This document shows, piece by piece, positions 1 to 9,021 of a stretch of 64,000 nucleotides of DNA. Location: positions 64,001 through 128,000 of the forward strand of contig JBDKFG010000001.1 in NCBI GenBank assembly GCA_039798785.1. The letters run 5' to 3'. This stretch comes from Verrucomicrobiota bacterium. Lineage in GTDB: Bacteria; Verrucomicrobiota; Lentisphaeria; Lentisphaerales; Lentisphaeraceae. How positions within the stretch are numbered: the first letter of the stretch is position 1; each line of letters opens with the position of its first letter. The position numbers and the translations under genes were made by a program. Under the pieces are notes generated by a model. It did no database searches. It was not told where the DNA came from and saw only the letters and a list, made by a program, of their open reading frames with translations.

Positions 1-1
1 G

Positions 2-193
2 GCGATGATCCTGCCGGCCTCGATTTCCGGCGCCTTCGAGGCCTGGCCGCGGACTGCCTCGTGGCCGCGGCCGGGCAAGATCCGCCTGTCCTTCGGGCCG
101 GCGATCGATCTCGGCAGTCTGGCCGATGAGCGGGCGTCGTGGGATGGCCTCGCGGAGCAGGCGCGGCTGGCGGTGGGGCGACTCCAGGTTTGA
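2..193 (+). CDS. C-terminal part of a lysophospholipid (PlsC-like) acyltransferase, truncated by window start
   Basis: ILPASISGAFEAWPR..PRPGKIRLSFGPAI is the typical PlsC C-terminal block. Confidence 0.65.
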   Translation, partial: AMILPASISGAFEAWPRTASWPRPGKIRLSFGPAIDLGSLADERASWDGLAEQARLAVGRLQV

Positions 194-308
194 TCGGCTT
201 TGCGGCTTTCCGAAATTCCCTGATTTGCGGAATCGCATCCGCCTTGCCCTGGAAGCGGGCTGGGATTATTTGGAGAGTGGAAACTCGAAAAAAATCGGAG
301 ACATAAAA

Positions 309-1205
309 ATGATCGCCTTGAAACGATTGATGCTCTTCATGCTGGTCAACATCGCCGTGCTCTTGACCATCTCGGTCTTTCTGCGGCTGACCGGTCTCGA
401 CCAGATGCTTCTTGCGAAGACAGGAGGAGGCCATCTCGGCCTGCTGATCTTCTGCATGATCTGGGGCATGGGCGGCAGCTTCATCTCGCTGCTGATGTCG
501 AGATGGATGGCGAAACGGGCTTACGGCATCGAGCCGATCGACCCGCAGAACTGCTCCGGAATGGAGCGCCGCCTGCTGGAGCGGGTTCACGCCATCGCCC
601 GCAAGGCAGGTATGCGGACCATGCCAGAAGTCGGCATTTACGATTCTCCCGAACTCAACGCCTTCGCCACCGGCGCCTCGCAGAATTCGTCGCTGGTCGC
701 CGTCTCCACCGGCTTGTTGAATCAGATGACTGAGGAGGAGGTGGAAGGTGTCCTGGCGCACGAGATCGCCCACATCACCAACGGCGACATGGTGACACTC
801 GCCCTCATTCAAGGCGTAGTCAACTCCTTCGTCATGTTCTTCGCTCGCATAGTCGCCGGCGTCATCGATGCGGCGATGCGCAAGGATGACGAAGAGTCCT
901 CCGGTCCCGGTGTGATGCATTTCGTCCTGGTGATGGTTCTGCAGGTGGCCTTCGGCTTCCTCGGCATGATCGTGGTCAACTTCTTCTCCCGCTGGCGTGA
1001 ATTCCGCGCCGATGCCGGCGGCGCCGATCTCGCCGGACGCCGGGCGATGGCGAATGCCTTGCGTCGCCTGCAGACCATGCAGGAGGTTAGGGATCCGGTG
1101 CAGCACCCCTCCTTCGCCGCCATGAAGATCTCCAATTTCGGCAGCGTGATTTCCACCCACCCGCCCTTGGAAGAGCGCATCGCACGACTCGAGGGCCGCG
1201 CTTGA
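309..1205 (+). CDS. htpX: Membrane zinc protease HtpX (M48)
   Basis: NAFATG, HEIAH zinc motif, SRWREFRAD, STHPPLEERI; GGAG RBS before ATG 309. Confidence 0.95.
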   Translation: MIALKRLMLFMLVNIAVLLTISVFLRLTGLDQMLLAKTGGGHLGLLIFCMIWGMGGSFISLLMSRWMAKRAYGIEPIDPQNCSGMERRLLERVHAIARKAGMRTMPEVGIYDSPELNAFATGASQNSSLVAVSTGLLNQMTEEEVEGVLAHEIAHITNGDMVTLALIQGVVNSFVMFFARIVAGVIDAAMRKDDEESSGPGVMHFVLVMVLQVAFGFLGMIVVNFFSRWREFRADAGGADLAGRRAMANALRRLQTMQEVRDPVQHPSFAAMKISNFGSVISTHPPLEERIARLEGRA

Positions 1206-1217
1206 ATCCCGCGACAA

Positions 1218-1260
1218 GACCAAGAAGAAGGCGCCGCATTGCGGCGCCTTCTTCTTGGTC
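1218..1260. terminator. Bidirectional terminator-like hairpin
   Basis: Perfect 20-bp arms GACCAAGAAGAAGGCGCCGC / GCGGCGCCTTCTTCTTGGTC between convergent genes. Confidence 0.85.
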
Positions 1261-1272
1261 TTCGCGGTTCGA

Positions 1273-3054
1273 TCAGAGCGGAGCGCAGGCCTTCTTGAGG
1301 AAGGCGAGTTCATCACCGTGAAGGTGCGGGCTGAGCTTGGCGTAGACGTTCGAGTGGTAGTCGTTGAGGTAGGCGGTCTCTTCGACGCCCAGGACTTCCT
1401 TGAGCACCGCCTGGGTGTCGATGGGGCAGAGGGTCAGGGCTTCGAGATCGTAGAACCGGCCGTGTTCGGAGGCTGAGTGCTCCTTGCAGAGCAGGATGTT
1501 TTCGATGCGGATGCCGTAGCGGTCCTTGAGATAGACGCCGGGTTCGTTGGTGATCACCATGCCGGGGAGGATGGCCTGGTCGATGAAGCCGGGGCTGACG
1601 CTGTGCGGGCCTTCATGGACGTTGTTGAAGAAGCCGACGCCGTGGCCGGTGCCGCAGGCGTAGTTGATCGAATCGCGCCAGAGGGCCTGGCGGGCGAGGA
1701 TGTCGAGCTGAAGACCGCGGGTGCCGTGCATGAAGACGGCGCGCGAGAGGCTGAGCATGCCCTTGAGGACAAGAGTGTAGTGGCGCTTCTGCTCGGCGCT
1801 GACGGGCCCGCAGACGAAGGTGCGGGTGATGTCGGTGGTGCCGTCGTCGTACTGGCCGCCGGAGTCGAGGAGGAAGAAGCCTTCGGGCTTGACCTGGGTT
1901 TCGACGCCGTCCTTGAGGCCGTAGTGCATCATCGCGGCGTTGGCGCCGTAGCCGGGGATGGAAGTGAAGCTGAGGCCGCGGAAGAGATCCAGCTTGGCGC
2001 GCTCGCCGTCGATGCGATTGGAGATCATCCGCTCAGTCAGCTTGCCGCTGCCGACGTTCTGGTAGAACCAGGTGAGGAACTTCACCATGGCGAGGCCGTC
2101 GCGGACGAAGCAGTTCCGCCAGTTGGCGATCTCGGTGGGGTTCTTGACCGCCTTCATCAGGATCGAAGGGGCGCGCTTCTCGATCAGCTCGCAGCCGTGT
2201 TTGCGGAGGGTCTGGACGGTGAGGATGTTGCTCTGGGCGGGGTCGACCAGGACCTTACGGCCGGCGAGCTTGGAAAGGTCCGCGAAGAAGGCGTCATATT
2301 CGGCCAGACCGATGCCGTCGGCGGCGAGGCGGGCACGGATCTCCGAGCTGAAGCGGGCGGTGTGGGCGTGCAGGGTGGCGCTGTTGTCGGTGACCACCAG
2401 GTAGGCGTGGAAGAAGGGCGAGGTGGTGACGTCGGTGCCGCGGAGGTTGACGAGGTAGCCGATGTCATCGAGGGAGTTGAGGACGTGGGCGGTGGTGCCT
2501 GCCTTTTTCATCTCGGCGCGGACCTTCTCGAGCTTGGCGGCGGCATTTTCGCCGGCGTATTTGAGCTCGTGCTCAAAGACCGGATTCATCGGGAAGGGAG
2601 GGCGCTCGAGCCAGACCAGATCGGCGAGATCCTCTTCCGTGACCAGGGCGATGTTCTTCTTCTTCAGGTTGGCTTCGACATCTGCCAAGGCCTTGGCCAT
2701 CATCGTGGCGCCGTAGAAGCCGAGGCGAGAGCCCTCGGGGAGATTCTCTGCGACCCAGACGTTCCAAGCTGGAACGTCCGGCTTGCCGAAATAGATGATG
2801 TCGATGCCGGTGCCGGCCAGCTCCATCTCCGCCTGGATCCAGTAACGGCCGTCAGCCCAGACATAGGCCTTGTCCTTGAGAACCACCATCGAAGCCACTG
2901 AGGCGGTGAAGCCGGAGAGGTACTGACGGGCCTTCCACCGCACCGGCAGATATTCCGAGTTGTGCGGGTCGGAAGCCGGTGCTACCCAGGCGTCGAGATT
3001 GCGTTTGGCCATTTCGGCGCGAAGGGCGGCAAGACGGGCGGGAATCGGAGACAT
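1273..3054 (-). CDS. Aminopeptidase P family (Xaa-Pro aminopeptidase, M24B)
   Basis: DPHNSEY, DSGGQY.DGTTDITRT, GHGVG...VHEGP, NEPG, GIRIEN. Confidence 0.93.
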   Translation of the reverse strand: MSPIPARLAALRAEMAKRNLDAWVAPASDPHNSEYLPVRWKARQYLSGFTASVASMVVLKDKAYVWADGRYWIQAEMELAGTGIDIIYFGKPDVPAWNVWVAENLPEGSRLGFYGATMMAKALADVEANLKKKNIALVTEEDLADLVWLERPPFPMNPVFEHELKYAGENAAAKLEKVRAEMKKAGTTAHVLNSLDDIGYLVNLRGTDVTTSPFFHAYLVVTDNSATLHAHTARFSSEIRARLAADGIGLAEYDAFFADLSKLAGRKVLVDPAQSNILTVQTLRKHGCELIEKRAPSILMKAVKNPTEIANWRNCFVRDGLAMVKFLTWFYQNVGSGKLTERMISNRIDGERAKLDLFRGLSFTSIPGYGANAAMMHYGLKDGVETQVKPEGFFLLDSGGQYDDGTTDITRTFVCGPVSAEQKRHYTLVLKGMLSLSRAVFMHGTRGLQLDILARQALWRDSINYACGTGHGVGFFNNVHEGPHSVSPGFIDQAILPGMVITNEPGVYLKDRYGIRIENILLCKEHSASEHGRFYDLEALTLCPIDTQAVLKEVLGVEETAYLNDYHSNVYAKLSPHLHGDELAFLKKACAPL

Positions 3055-3284
3055 GGATTTCCTTTGGGATGTTCGTTTGAGCAGGGCGAAATCTATATGA
3101 CAAGAGCGCTTGGACAAGGGTCCGCAAGTGGATTATATCTATTGTCTACAATGTTAATTTAATGTCATAATTAGCTCTAGGTATTATGGCTTAGGGAGTG
3201 TGGTGTGATTTGGGATGTGTATTTGCTTGTGATAAAAACGATCCGGCGAGGTGCCGGACCGCAAATAGAACAGGAGAGAGGACC

Positions 3285-3785
3285 ATGATTATCGAAGTGA
3301 CTGGCGACATTCTTCTCAGCGGTGCTGAAGCGCTGGCGCACGGTGTGGCTCCGGCTGATCATTTTGACAGCGGGCTGGCCTTGCAATTGCGCGAGAAGTG
3401 GCCAGTGATGGTGAAGGATTTCCGGCATTGGTGCCACGGCCAGAATCCGAAGGAGGGCGAGATCTGGGCCTGGGCCGGGGCGGGAGCGCCGCGTATCGTC
3501 AGCCTGTTGGTGCAGGAGGCGGCGTTGGGCCACAGCGGGCGGCCTGGGCGGGCGCACACCGAGCATGTCAATCACTGTTTGCGTGCCTTGGCGGACTGGG
3601 TCCGCAAGGAACAGGTGAAATCCCTGGCTCTGCCGCGTCTGGCGACGGGTGTCGGCCATCTCGACTGGGCGGCTGTGAAGCCCATGATCGAGAAGCATCT
3701 CTCAGGGCTGGGGATTCCCGTCTATTTGTACAGCGTCTATGAAAAAGGCGTGAAAGCTGAGGAGCGAGCGGCTTTGAAGGTCTGA
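3285..3785 (+). CDS. Stand-alone macrodomain protein (TARG1/DarG/SCO6735-like class)
   Basis: GDILL..AEALAHGV, SGLALQLREKWP, SLALPRLATGVGHLDW; AGGAG RBS. Confidence 0.85.
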   Translation: MIIEVTGDILLSGAEALAHGVAPADHFDSGLALQLREKWPVMVKDFRHWCHGQNPKEGEIWAWAGAGAPRIVSLLVQEAALGHSGRPGRAHTEHVNHCLRALADWVRKEQVKSLALPRLATGVGHLDWAAVKPMIEKHLSGLGIPVYLYSVYEKGVKAEERAALKV

Positions 3786-3829
3786 AGATTGGGGCCGGGG
3801 GCTGAGCCTCCGGCCTTTCCGCAGTTGGA

Positions 3830-4516
3830 TCAGAGCTCGAAGTTGAAGCCGCGATCAAGGAGGCGCCGGTAGGCCTTGGCGTCGAAGCGGTGCAGGCGTG
3901 CTGGTCGGCCGGGAAGCCCCTGCACCCTTTCGTCGAGCTCCTCGATGATGCCGAAGCTGAGGAATTTTTTGCGGAAATTGCGCTTGTCGAGCTCGCGTCC
4001 GAGGATCTGCTCGTAGAGCTCCTGCAGCTGCGACAGCTTGAACTTCTCCGGCAGGAGCTCGAAGCCGATCGGCTGGTAGCGCACCTTGCCTTTCACGCGA
4101 TTGCGGGCCGCCGCGATGATTTCGGCGTGGTCGAAGGCGAGCTCGGGGATCGCGTCGAGGCGGAACCAGGCCGCGTCGTCGGCGTCGGTCGCCGCCTGGA
4201 CGCGGTGGTCGCCGAGCTTGACCAGGGCGTAATAGGCGACCGAGATGACGCGCTCGCGGGGGTCGCGTTTGAGGGCGCTGAAAGTGTAGAGCTGCTCCAG
4301 GAAGATCTTCTTCAGTCCGGTCTCCTCGCGCAGTTCGCGCAAGGCCGCCTCGTCGAGGGTCTCGTCGACCCGGACGAAGCCGCCGGGCAAGGCCCAGCGT
4401 CCCTTGAAAGGAGCCAGGCCGCGGCGGATCAAGAGCACCTTCAGTCCCTCCTCATCCAGGCCGAAAACCACACAGTCGACGGTCAGCGCCGGTCGCGGAT
4501 ACTCGTAGGTCGCCAT
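3830..4516 (-). CDS. nrtR: NrtR-type regulator (Nudix + C-terminal winged HTH)
   Basis: [15 protein letters not shown], Nudix box [32 protein letters not shown]. Confidence 0.88.
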   Translation of the reverse strand: MATYEYPRPALTVDCVVFGLDEEGLKVLLIRRGLAPFKGRWALPGGFVRVDETLDEAALRELREETGLKKIFLEQLYTFSALKRDPRERVISVAYYALVKLGDHRVQAATDADDAAWFRLDAIPELAFDHAEIIAAARNRVKGKVRYQPIGFELLPEKFKLSQLQELYEQILGRELDKRNFRKKFLSFGIIEELDERVQGLPGRPARLHRFDAKAYRRLLDRGFNFEL

Positions 4517-4569
4517 GAACCACTCTCCTGCTGCTGGGAATTGGCAGCCAAGATAGACCGGGGCCTTGG

Positions 4570-4586
4570 CGTGTCAAATCGACACG
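4570..4586. promoter_or_regulatory. Candidate NrtR operator
   Basis: CGTGTC-AAATC-GACACG palindrome with GT-N7-AC core, about 54 bp upstream of the nrtR start. Confidence 0.7.
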
Positions 4587-4611
4587 ATTTCGACGGCGGA
4601 GGGGTTGGGAC

Positions 4612-5466
4612 TCAAGCCTTGGCGAGGCGTTGGCGGACGATTTCGTAGAGGCAGACGCCGGTGGCGACCGAGACGTTGAGGCACTCGACCTTGCCGGCCA
4701 TCGGCAGCTTGGTGAGGAAGTCGCAGTTCTCGGTGGTGAGGCGGCGCATGCCCGGGCCTTCGCCGCCCATGATCAGCGCCATCGAGCCGGTGAGGTCGAC
4801 GTCGTAGATGAGCTGTTCGGCGCGGTCTGAGGTGCCGACGGTCCAGACCCCGTGCTTCTTCAGCTTCTCGATGGTGCGGGTCAAGTTGGTGACGCGGACG
4901 ACCGGGATCGATTCGGTGGCGCCGCAGGAGACCTGGTGGACGATCTCGGTTATCGGGGCGGCACGGTCGCGCGGGATGATGACGGCATCGACACCGGCGC
5001 CGTCGGCGGAGCGCAGGCAGGCGCCGAGGTTGTGGGGGTCCTGGACGCCGTCGAGGATGAGGAAGAGGAAAGTCCGATCTTCGGTGAAGAGCTCGTCGAG
5101 GAAGCTCTCGTCTTTTTCGAGGCCGCGGCCGGCGAGGGCGCTGTGGCGGTTGAGGCGGACGCCGGTGCTGCCTTCGCGGCTGGGCAGGGCGATCTTGCGG
5201 GGCTCGAAGCTGTCGTAGCCGGCTTGACGGGCTTCCTTGCTCATCGGCTCATCCTTGCGCGGGGCGCGATCGAAGGTTTTTGAGCCGAAGGATTTCGACG
5301 CGGGTCTCGAATCGTCGCCGCGGGCACCGGGGAATTTCGACTTGGCCGGACTTTTCGAGGGGCCTTTTGGCTTGTGGCCGGCGTTGCGGCCGCCGAAATT
5401 GTGGGCGGGGCGGCCGGAGCCGGAGCCCGAACCGGAGGCAGAGGGGCGCGAAGATTGGTGTTTCAT
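4612..5466 (-). CDS. rlmB: 23S rRNA Gm2251 methyltransferase RlmB (SpoU family) with low-complexity N-terminus
   Basis: [34 protein letters not shown]. Confidence 0.88.
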   Translation of the reverse strand: MKHQSSRPSASGSGSGSGRPAHNFGGRNAGHKPKGPSKSPAKSKFPGARGDDSRPASKSFGSKTFDRAPRKDEPMSKEARQAGYDSFEPRKIALPSREGSTGVRLNRHSALAGRGLEKDESFLDELFTEDRTFLFLILDGVQDPHNLGACLRSADGAGVDAVIIPRDRAAPITEIVHQVSCGATESIPVVRVTNLTRTIEKLKKHGVWTVGTSDRAEQLIYDVDLTGSMALIMGGEGPGMRRLTTENCDFLTKLPMAGKVECLNVSVATGVCLYEIVRQRLAKA

Positions 5467-5556
5467 ATGACCTAACTTTGGGGGGGCTTGTGTTGCAGAA
5501 TGTCAGCACCCACATTATCTTCAACATCGCCTTCTGAACAATAGGAAACACATACA

Positions 5557-7032
5557 ATGGCCAACTTCTTCAATTCGATCCCCCTGCGCAAGCAACGCGA
5601 ACTGCTCGCCACCTGCCGCTTCATGGATAAAGCCGAATTCAGCACCGGCTGCGACGCCCTCAAGGGCAAGAAAATCGTCGTCGTCGGCTGCGGCGCCCAG
5701 GGCCTCCACCAGGGTCTCAACCTCCGCGATAGCGGCCTCGATGTCTCCTACGCCCTCCGCAAGGAAGCGATCACCGAGAAGCGCGCTTCGTGGAAATCCG
5801 CCACCGAGAACGGCTTCAAAGTCGGCACCTACGAAGAGCTCATCCCCTCTGCCGACCTGGTCGCCAACCTGACACCCGACAAGCAGCACACCAGCGTCGT
5901 CACAGCCGTCATGCCCTTGATGAAAAAAGACTCCTGCCTCCTCTACTCGCACGGTTTCAACATCGTCGAAGAAGGCATGCAGGTCCGTAAAGACATCACC
6001 GTCATCATGGTCGCCCCCAAGTCCCCCGGCACCGAAGTCCGCAACGAATACAAGCGCGGCTTCGGCGTCCCCACCCTGATCGCCGTGCACACCGAGAACG
6101 ACCCCCAAGGTCGCGGTCTCGAGCTCGCCAAAGCCTACTGCTCCGGCACCGGCGGCGACCGCGCCGGCGTCCTCCTCTCCTCCTTCGTCGCCGAAGTCAA
6201 ATCCGACCTCCTCGGCGAACAGACCATCCTCTGCGGCCTGCTGCAGACCGGTTCGATCCTCTGCTACGAGCGCATGGTCGCCGGCGGCATTGAGCCCTCC
6301 TACGCCGCCCGCTTCATCCAGTACGGATGGGAAACCATCACCGAAGGTCTCAAGATCGGCGGCATCACCAACATGTTCGACCGCCTGTCGAACCCCGCCA
6401 AGATCAAGGCCTTCGAGATCTCCGAAGAGCTCAAGAAAACCATGCGCCCCCTCTTCGAGAAGCACATGGACGACATCATCTCCGGCGCCTTCTCCGAAGG
6501 CATGATGAAAGACTGGCACGATGGCGACCGCAAACTCCTCACCTGGCGTGAAGAGACCAGCAAGACCGCTTTCGAGCGTCAGGAAGCCGGCGACCACAAG
6601 ATCACCGAGCAGGAATTCTACGACAAAGGCGTCCTGATGGTCGCCATGGTCCGCGCCGGCGTCGAGCTCGCCTTCGAAGTCATGATCGAAGCCGGAATGA
6701 AGCCCGAGAGCGCCTACTACGAGTCGCTCCACGAGACCCCGCTGATCGCCAACACCATCGCCCGCAAGAAGCTCTACGAGATGAACAAAGTCATCTCCGA
6801 CACCGCCGAATACGGCTGCTACCTGTTCAGCCACGCCGCCGTCCCCCTCCTCAAGGACTACGTCGCCAAGGCTGACCTCAGCCTCATCGGCAAGACCTAC
6901 GGCGAAGGCCTCGGCAACGGCGTCTCCAACCGTCGCCTCGTCGAAGTCAACGCAGCCCTCCGCGCCCACGGCGTCGAGCAGGTCGGCACCGTCCTCCGCG
7001 GCTACATGACCGCGATGAAGCCGATCGTCTAA
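5557..7032 (+). CDS. ilvC: Ketol-acid reductoisomerase, long (class II) form
   Basis: [42 protein letters not shown]; 491 aa. Confidence 0.97.
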   Translation: MANFFNSIPLRKQRELLATCRFMDKAEFSTGCDALKGKKIVVVGCGAQGLHQGLNLRDSGLDVSYALRKEAITEKRASWKSATENGFKVGTYEELIPSADLVANLTPDKQHTSVVTAVMPLMKKDSCLLYSHGFNIVEEGMQVRKDITVIMVAPKSPGTEVRNEYKRGFGVPTLIAVHTENDPQGRGLELAKAYCSGTGGDRAGVLLSSFVAEVKSDLLGEQTILCGLLQTGSILCYERMVAGGIEPSYAARFIQYGWETITEGLKIGGITNMFDRLSNPAKIKAFEISEELKKTMRPLFEKHMDDIISGAFSEGMMKDWHDGDRKLLTWREETSKTAFERQEAGDHKITEQEFYDKGVLMVAMVRAGVELAFEVMIEAGMKPESAYYESLHETPLIANTIARKKLYEMNKVISDTAEYGCYLFSHAAVPLLKDYVAKADLSLIGKTYGEGLGNGVSNRRLVEVNAALRAHGVEQVGTVLRGYMTAMKPIV

Positions 7033-7052
7033 GATCCAGCTTCAGCTGAATC

Positions 7053-7085
7053 AAACCCCCGCTCTCTGCGAAGAGGCGGGGGTTT
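7053..7085 (+). terminator. Intrinsic terminator after ilvC
   Basis: AAACCCCCGC..GCGGGGGTTT hairpin. Confidence 0.75.
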
Positions 7086-7089
7086 CTTA

Positions 7090-7227
7090 AACCTGGATTC
7101 CGAAGCTGAGCTTGGGCTCAGCTCGGGAATCCGATTCAAGATTCAAAATTCAAGATTCAACAGAACGCGAACAAAATCAAAGATTTACTAAAGGCTGACT
7201 CACAGCTTCAACTTCGGAATCGAGGTT
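7090..7227. repeat. 138-bp fold-back element with internal heptamer repeats
   Basis: Terminal inverted repeats 7090-7109 / 7208-7227 (18/20 match); four (G/A)ATTCAA units at 7133-7160. Confidence 0.8.
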
Positions 7228-7247
7228 AAACCTCAAGGAGAGCGTTT

Positions 7248-7802
7248 ATGCCAGGCACCAAGAATCCCCCCAGCCGCATCCTGGATTCCCAAGCGAAAAT
7301 CCTTTCGCCGCATCTTCGCGAATACGGTCCCAGCAGCTATTGCCGAGGAATCTTATTCTGGGCTCTCTGCGGCTTTTTCATCCTCAATCTTGTACGTCCT
7401 CTGTTGGAGTTCGCCTTCGACTATCTCTCGAAAGCCGCTGCTCCCGGCGTTTCATGGGGATTAACAATCATCTTGATGATCTACCTGCTGCATAAATGGG
7501 TTAGTCGTTACAAGCTGCGTATCGATCTCGGTCAGAGGCTTATCAGCAGAGGAGTTGCGACTCCACTGGTGCCCAGGTACAAATGGATCGACACTCCCAT
7601 CGCATCGGTCGAGGCGATCGAATTCAAAACTATACCTTGGCGTCATCACCAGCAGATCGGAGAGATCTCTCTGATCCTGAAGGATGGGACTCGGCATTGG
7701 TTGGACGAGGGTCGGCAAATCGATGAACTTAAATCCTTCGCTGCCGAGCTGGCTGAGCTTCTGCAAGTGCCGCTGGTCATCAGTGACAACAAGCAGGGCT
7801 GA
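7248..7802 (+). CDS. Hypothetical membrane protein (2 TM + soluble domain)
   Basis: AAGGAG RBS, two hydrophobic segments, visibly more A/T-ending codons than neighbours. Confidence 0.65.
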   Translation: MPGTKNPPSRILDSQAKILSPHLREYGPSSYCRGILFWALCGFFILNLVRPLLEFAFDYLSKAAAPGVSWGLTIILMIYLLHKWVSRYKLRIDLGQRLISRGVATPLVPRYKWIDTPIASVEAIEFKTIPWRHHQQIGEISLILKDGTRHWLDEGRQIDELKSFAAELAELLQVPLVISDNKQG

Positions 7803-7934
7803 ACAAGGTAATCTCAGCCAAGACTGCGAGGATTTCTTCTTTGCGTCACGCAGAACGGAGGATCGGCCTGATCAGTCGGATCGGACCGATAGCTTTCCGG
7901 GGCCTGCCCGACAAAATCTCCCTGACGCCTTGTT
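7802..7934. repeat. Weak fold-back element with 9-nt repeats
   Basis: AACAAGG / CCTTGTT ends; GATCGGCCT-GATCAGTCG-GATCGGACC at 7861-7887. Confidence 0.45.
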
Positions 7935-8136
7935 TTTGCCCTTCTCCCGGATGTAGCTTGAAATCAGCTTGGCAAATCTCTTCGAGACCCTTGCAGGAAG
8001 TGATGTCGGCGGCATTGTGAAGCAGGACGAGAGTCATGCTTTGCATACGACACACATCAAGGCCTCAGGGCCTTAAAGTCAAACCCGCACAAGCCAACTG
8101 ACTCTCGTCCCTTTTTTTATGCCCGGAAACCCTCTC

Positions 8137-8859
8137 ATGCCCCACACACGCGATCTCCCCGAAGGCATCCGCCAGATGCTCGGCAACAACGCCGGCCAGC
8201 GCCAGCGCTACATCGAACACAACGGCCTTTGCGTCATCGTCCTGCACCGCCCGCCTCGGCGCGGCGACAAGACTCGCGAGGCCTTGATCTTCTGGAAGAC
8301 TACCGACGGCGTCTGGCACAACAGCTCGGACAACAGCGGACTCGGTCTCGCCCGCCGCAACGCCAACGATTACGAGAAGCGGGTCGCCGAGCTCGACAGT
8401 CATTACGCCAAGGCTGACGGCGACCTGCAGGCCCACTTCGGCATTCTCGGCGATCTCGCCCCATTCTCCCGCGCCCTCAGCAACGCCTCGATCGTCATGC
8501 AATCGGCCCGCGATCACGCCAAGAACGACGCCGAGATCGCCGAGATCGCCGATCTCGTTTACAGCTGCCACCGCAGCGCCGAACTTCTCCAGACCGATCT
8601 GCATCACAGCGTCGAACACCTGCGCGCCGAACAGCAGGAACGGCTCGCCACCGCCAGCGACCGGGCCTTGCGCAGCTCGCAACGCCTGAATATCCTGACC
8701 GCCATCTTCCTGCCGGTCACTGCGATCACTGGCGTCTTCGGCATGAACCTGCACAATGGTTTCGAAAACCATCCCAGCATGTTCTTCGTCGTCTTCGTCA
8801 GCGGCCTCGTCGTCGGCCTCATCCTCTGCACGTGGATCCTCACCGCCCACCGGAAGTGA
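8137..8859 (+). CDS. Short CorA-family divalent cation transporter
   Basis: LNILTAIFLPVTAITGVFGMN (GMN signature) and two C-terminal TM helices; start could be 8119. Confidence 0.8.
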   Translation: MPHTRDLPEGIRQMLGNNAGQRQRYIEHNGLCVIVLHRPPRRGDKTREALIFWKTTDGVWHNSSDNSGLGLARRNANDYEKRVAELDSHYAKADGDLQAHFGILGDLAPFSRALSNASIVMQSARDHAKNDAEIAEIADLVYSCHRSAELLQTDLHHSVEHLRAEQQERLATASDRALRSSQRLNILTAIFLPVTAITGVFGMNLHNGFENHPSMFFVVFVSGLVVGLILCTWILTAHRK

Positions 8860-9021
8860 AAATGGAGTGGGATGATCTGACGGTCTACAATCATGGCGGC
8901 TGGAGTGACCGTCTCAGTGCATTGGGGCTGACCGATTCCGGACAATCCTGTCAGGGCTGTGTTTTCGCTCTTCCATAGCCGTGTCCGTTGTGTCCCTGTT
9001 GGGTTGCGGACGAAGTCCTCG

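Noticed and set aside
3155..3195. dif recombination site
   Set aside because: No good XerD arm (TTATGTTAAAT) at the required spacing
7846..8055. 69-aa minus-strand ORF
   Set aside because: Runs into repeat DNA, no RBS or motif
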